A stretch of DNA of 64,000 bases from Azolla caroliniana (lineage: Eukaryota; Plantae; Polypodiophyta), in assembly GCA_043228905.1 (NCBI GenBank), contig JBHGNT010000004.1, positions 2,418,001 to 2,482,000 of the forward strand, given 5' to 3'. The position numbers were made by a program, and so were the translations under genes. Within the stretch, counting starts at the first letter, position 1. Every line of letters starts with the position of its first letter. Below are positions 58,201 through 64,000 of the stretch, in pieces. The notes beneath the pieces were generated by a model. The model had not been told where the DNA came from, did no database searches, and saw only the letters and a program-made list of their open reading frames with translations.

Positions 58201-58766
58201 ATTCAATGCTATGTTGGTTCAAAGTTTGAAATAATGTAAGACTTAATTTTCCTTGCATTGTGAATATCATTGGAGCATTTTCAGTCCAAATGAAGAATCT
58301 AAGATATGATAAGATGACTAGTTATCCATTTATGTAAATCTAGTCATATAAAATCATGAATCACAGGATAAACCTATACCATCAATTGTCATGTGCTCAA
58401 TGTGATGTGGAAATTCAAAAGGCACTTTAGGTCCAATGATGCATGTATCTACATTATTAGAGGTGAGTTATGGTTACAAATCAGCCTTTGGTGGTATTAC
58501 TAATGGTTTATGTATTCATTGCAACAATGTATAATGATTCACAGATGATGCATGTATCCACACTAAAAGAGGTCAATTATGGTCACAATCAGCCTTAGGT
58601 TGTATTAAAAATGGTTTATACACTCATGGCAACAATGTACAATAATTCGCACGTAAAAGATTCCATGCACATACAAGAATGACCAATCTTATTAAGATGC
58701 CAGGAGCATAATGTCAAATAAGCAATGTCAACAAATAAATTTTGAATTGAGTCTGTCAGAATTCAT

Positions 58767-60547
58767 TTAAGCATTTGCTAAAATATCTTTGTACATTTTG
58801 ACATGCCAAACACCATCAATCAAGAATTCTCCTCTTCTAGTATCATCATTTCCACCATTCTCAATACCATCTACATTAGCAAGTGCTTCAACTCCACTTT
58901 GCAATTCATGATGCCCACTGATTATATCTATAACTTTATATCCAAGTTTCTCATACACAACTTTTTTGTCCGATTGAGAATCAAGCATACATTGGGTTAC
59001 ACCCATATTCTTTACAACATTTTCAGCAACCGAAAATAGCCTTCTTGCGATACCTTGGTTCCTATGGGGCTTCATTACGGCAACTCGTCCTACTTTTGCA
59101 ATGGTGGAGTTGGGTAATTGTTGTACACGAAGAGTACCAACGGGCACTGATCGACCACTACCCCATGCTGGAGATATGTAGTAAGCTAATAAATGCAAAC
59201 ATGTTTCATCTATCCTGTCCAACGCATTTTTAAAGACCTTGTGTGAACAAAGACAACAATACCAAACTATTCACCAATTCAACAAAAATCAGTCATCTAC
59301 AACTCTTAGAGTCATGCTCATAGATATATAAATAACCATGAACTTAAGTTCAAGAGAAGTGGTTCTTTGAGCCTTTTCTGCACATTGTTTAGATACACAA
59401 GGATACCATTTAATAAAGAGCATATATATATAGCAAAAGTGTGCATGCTATTTAAAAAAAATAGGCAGATGGAATGTAACAATAGGATGTAAGTTCAATC
59501 CAAGGGGTTTCTGAAACCAATTTATTTCAAAACATTATTTGTATTCAGAAGGGTACTCCTTAGAGGGGTATACATAGATTTTACAAAACAATTGAATATA
59601 AAGAGTATGAAATTTCAATAGATAAGGAGTTTCTAAACACTTCTCTGCAAAGTAAGGATTCCGAGGAGGACATAAAACGCAAAAAGTTTCACATAATCCA
59701 TCTAGATAATTTCATGAAGAAGGGAACCATTCATAGGAGATATACAAGCTTTGAGTAGGAAAACAAGGGTCATTCAAAATCAACATGTAAGGTTTTGCTT
59801 AATAAGAATGTAAGCATTGGAGTCTTCACATGTTATTTCTCAAATATAGCTTTGAGTAGGAAAACAAGGGTCATTCAAAATCAACATGTAAGGTTTTGAT
59901 TAATAAGAATGTAAGTTTTGGAGTCTTCACATGTTATTTCTCAAATATAACTTTGAGTAGGAAAACAAGGGTCATTCAAAATCAACATGTAAGGTCTTGC
60001 TTAATAAATATAGATGAATAAAAAATTGGGCTTTCTTTACAGGTTTAGATCAGATAAAATTCGGGTTTAGTTACATACAGATACCAAAGGTTAAGGGTTT
60101 TCACACACGTAGAACAAATATTAGGTTTTTTAGATACATAGATTAAAGATTAGAATTCTCTTATTACATACATAGAAAATTGTTGTTCCTGATTTACAGA
60201 TATGTACATATGTAGATCAACGTTTAGGGTTCCATAATTGAAAACATGCATATATAAATGAAAAAGAAAAAACAAGTTAGGATTTTGTTTGGAACATAGA
60301 CATACCTATAAAGCTTGGACATAGATAAGATCTAGCAGAATACATAGGTAGGTAACAGAGCAGGGCAGTGTTTGTTCTTTTACATAAATGCAGAGACTTA
60401 CGTATCAAACTCGGTCTCGAGGGGGAAGCCCTGCTCTGCAACAAAGACATTGTATCTGATGGTGCAGGCGTCGTGGAAGGAGAGATTATCACGCGATGCA
60501 TAGAAGGTTTTGATCTGGAGATGGGCGGAGGCAGGTAGCAGGCTCAT
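58767..60547 (-). CDS. GNAT N-acetyltransferase, YjcF/ElaA-like, ~197 aa (224 aa from the upstream ATG at 60628)
   Basis: Exons (-) 60547-60402 (AC|GTAAGT) and 59214-58767 (ACAG|G) join in frame. Motifs: IRYNVFVAEQGFPLETEFD, PVGTLR, KVGRVAVMKPHRNQGIARRL (acetyl-CoA motif A), YEKLGY, FLIDGVWHVKM. Confidence 0.88.
59749..60006. repeat. 101-bp tandem repeat, ~2.6 copies, in GNAT intron
   Basis: CTTTGAGTAGGAAAACAAGGG starts at 59749, 59850 and 59951. Confidence 0.93.
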
Positions 60548-60959
60548 GGATGCAGAGGGTCGGCTCCTCCGGAGGAGGAGGAGGACTCTAAAAGGGCGTT
60601 TGTTTCTCTGAGACTCTCCATGGGTCATCCATTAAACCTTCTTCTTCTTCTTCTTCTTCTTCTTCTTCTTTTGTTTCTCGAGACTCTCCATGGGTCACAC
60701 ATTAAACCTTCATCATCATCTTCTTCTTCTAGTTATCGTGGCGCCAATGAGTTGGCTCATGGGATCGGGATCGAGAGAGAGCATCTGCGGCTTGGGGATC
60801 TCTGCCTTTTTGTCTCTACTCCAACAGTTAAGTGAGGCCAGGCCGTCAGTGTCAATCTGTCGCGACATTATCCCATCCTTATAGGTCCAACAGACACCTT
60901 TGTTACCATCCTAGTACTTATTGACGTTGTTTGTGTCTACTCGACTAGTGTATGTAGTA

Positions 60960-61258
60960 TGTTGGTCAACTGGTGCTCGACTACGCGGAAGCAAGTGTGG
61001 ATCTTGTTGAGGAACAAGCAAGACGTAGGATGTGTGATCTCAGTTGTGTTACAAGATATGCGTAGTAAAAGAATGTACGCAGAGAGAGATGTAATTACAC
61101 AATTACTTAGCAAAGAGAGACATTATATTATATTGCATCATCTGTACAAGTAGTAAGTACCTCCCAGTCATACATGAGTGGGCTTTGCCCTAACTCCAAG
61201 GTGAGTACACACTTAGGCATACAACACTCGGGTTGGAATAGGACCTTTTAGTCCAACA
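60960..61258. mobile_element. Possible short Copia-type solo LTR
   Basis: TGTTGG...CCAACA termini, but no direct TSD (TAGTA vs ATACT). Confidence 0.35.
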
Positions 61259-61689
61259 ATACTATGAGAGTTGTGGAGGCCGCTTTGTGTTGAGTTTCTG
61301 AGGCTATCGGGGACTTAAATATCTAAAACCTTGTTAGCTTGTTAGTATTTTTACGAGTGGTAATGAGCCCATTAGCATTGGGTTAGTGAGATTATCCAGA
61401 CAACCTTAACAATCTAAACCTTGTTAGTATTACAAGAGTTGGTGAGATTATGCTTGGGATTATAATCTAAATCTTGTTACTGTCACAAGAATTTGTGAGA
61501 TTATCTTTTGGACAAATGTCCAAAACCTTACTAGTATTGTTGATATATACATCTTTTTTAGCGTCCATAGAGAGGCCAATATTGACGCATGGGACCTAAG
61601 GACAAAAGGTATCTTGATGTTTGTCTCCTTCTTAAGAAAGGATATTCATGCTTTGAATCACCAAGTCTCTATGTGTGAGTAATGCATAG

Positions 61690-62400
61690 ACATATGAGGT
61701 CAACCTTCTAGCTATTTTCTTTAGTGTGACACTCAAGTCATCACCCCTCTTAATATATCATCATAGCTTTCCCAAATTGCATTATATGTAGAGCATGTAA
61801 AAAGCAAGTGATACTCATCCTCTACCAACCCTTCCTTGCATACTTTTTTACATGCCTTTATATTTGGCTGATTTTGATCAATTGCAAAGGAGTGTTAGGG
61901 TTCTATGAAAGTTATACTCATGTTAGTAATGAGGTAAAATTGAATAAGATCAATGGGCCTTCTTTCCTTATATAGAACCTAACATTCAAGATTGATGTTT
62001 GCATTGTAATATTCTAATTTTGTCCTTTCATCATCTTTCCACTTCTTCCTTAGTGGGTCCATTAATCTTTCCTCAATAACTACATATTTCGTAGCATCTC
62101 TTGAAAGCTCTAGGAGATCTTCCACATCCCATATTTTGATGTCAACTATCCAACTAGATGAGAGAATTTTACTCTTATGATTCTTTTGTAGTTTACATCC
62201 AACATTCCAAGCAAGACGTGGTAATCTATGATTTGACATATTCTTGACTTTTGTAATGTATCTATATACTCTTTGTAGCGTCAATATCTTTATAGGTCGA
62301 ACACCTAATTTCAAGAGTATAACTTGATAGGGGGTGGTGGATTTTATTCCCAATTGTCTTGTTGCATTTATTTGTGGTAGGTACATCAATATCAAGATAC
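61690..62400 (-). mobile_element. Decayed LINE ORF2 C-terminus (RTE-like)
   Basis: QLGIKSTTPY..HRLPRLAW..KLEYY, followed by CKEGLVEDEYHLLFTCSTY. Confidence 0.6.
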
Positions 62401-64000
62401 TTAAAGCTTTGTACAAATTGTAAATGTTCTCCGTTGTATATGGGTTTTGGAGATGGTTAGCCATATTTTCTTTGGGGTTAAGGTCTAAACCTTGTTGGTT
62501 ATTTTTGTTTCTCATTGGATCTTACCCTCAAGAGCCCACAACAAACACAATAAAAAACTTGTTAGTTTTTTAACATGTTGATAAGATGTGAGATTTGTGG
62601 GCTACTAACGCTTCATTGAAATGGAATGGTTGAGGCAACAATACATGGTGATGCTTTGGGTTCTCATCAATTCTAATAAAACATAAAAATTCACACATAA
62701 GACAATATTTAATAAATTGTTTGTTCAAGAAGAGTTGCCAAACAACAAGATTTTGGGAGAATGAAGGTTTACTGTAGATTGAAATTTATGTTAATATTGA
62801 GCTATCATTGGTTATAAGTAGACCAATAATTCATTCGCAACAACCACACAACTAAAATGAAAATGAGTTACTAAGGGATGAGATTCTCAAGTATTTATGC
62901 TTCGTTCATGTCAACACCCAAAGAAAAGCACATGCTTATGTGGTAGTTTTTCATCCGTTAGAACTTAATCCTACAAAAATAGGACTAAAGTTGGGTTATT
63001 ACTAGAAGAGTTGGAAAGTTCTAGCATATGATATTATAGTGGTGGGGGTGAATGGGGGACAAAGGTCTAGGAAAGCCTTTCATTTATGACATTGCCTATG
63101 AATGCAAACTTAGCTTATGTGGATGTTAGACGAAACAAGATTCATTAAAGAGACAAGGAAGTGTCCATTACCATAGACTTAAATTGTATGCAATGGCTAA
63201 GACATATCCAATAGTGATCAATCAAGGGCATTTGAACTATGAGATCTTAGGTTGCTATATGTTTACTTAGCAAACAATATGGATCTCCCTAGATTGCTTT
63301 CACATCATTTGAAGTTAGAGGAGAATATTGTTTCGGTTCAAAGATAAAAGATTGATAAGTTGTGCAATAAAAGGGGGGACTAATATTATAAAGAGTTCTA
63401 AAGTTTATTCCACATTTGGGCGTAATTATTAGCATAGACAAGTTCAATACATAAAGAAAATGAATATTTTGTTGTTATCCTGCAATGGTTTTCTTATATA
63501 TGTGTATAGGTTTGAATGTTGGATTGACTATAAATCATGCTATAAAAAAACTAATTTGGGGTGTCTCCTTATAAGACCGTTTGACATCCTTGTCTTCTCT
63601 TGCTTACCTATCGGCCCCTTAAGCTTCTCCCTACTCTCAATGAGGCTGAGAATGTGCAGGCTAATGCCAATGTCTGGTCTCTTGTTTTGGGACGTAAAAA
63701 TGGATTGCAAGAAGAAGGAAACACAGCTACACCTCAGGTAGTTTTGAGGAATCGTTTTGCAGTGTTGCAAGAAGAGGGTGTCACACTACAAGATCAAAAG
63801 ACAACTAATGTGGAAGAGGTGGTAGCGTGCACACCCGATGTTTTACTAAACAATACACACCTTAGCCAAGAAAATGTCATGAGCTCACCCTCCTCCATTG
63901 GTAAAAGTGGAAGTATTGGATTGAGAGCAATGAAAGAATGGTTACGTAAGGGGAGAGGTCAAGAAAGCTCTTCCACCACTTCCGAATTTCAGAAGCCACA

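Noticed and set aside
62900-64000. Possible LINE ORF1 remnant (NRFAVLQEE at ~63750)
   Set aside because: It rests on a single short motif with broken frames and is cut by the window edge.

Overview
AT-rich, repeat-rich eukaryotic nuclear DNA from a land plant. A non-seed plant (fern, lycophyte or bryophyte) is my inference from the element types. Four spliced host genes can be rebuilt by hand: an AKR4-type aldo-keto reductase (+, 5 exons), a uridine kinase/UPRT-like UKL gene (-, 14 exons, one GC-AG intron), a nodulin-like/NFD4-type MFS transporter (-, 3 exons, 10.1-kb intron) and a YjcF/ElaA-like GNAT acetyltransferase of bacterial/fungal type (-, 2 exons). The rest is layered transposon debris: a solo LTR splitting a plastid infA copy, a Copia>LINE>Gypsy nest, a non-autonomous hAT carrying a captured glutaredoxin-like gene fragment, a second chromovirus, and LINEs clustered on (GA/TC)n microsatellites. 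The most notable pattern is that two Gypsy LTR families with dissimilar sequences share one ordered architecture: an antisense tRNA-like A/B-box module at the U3 end, a heat-shock-element array, a TATA box, and a palindrome at the predicted transcription start. In element 1 the downstream arm of that palindrome is complementary to a non-tRNA PBS, as in Tf1-like self-priming. All coordinates were read by eye and no database searches were run.
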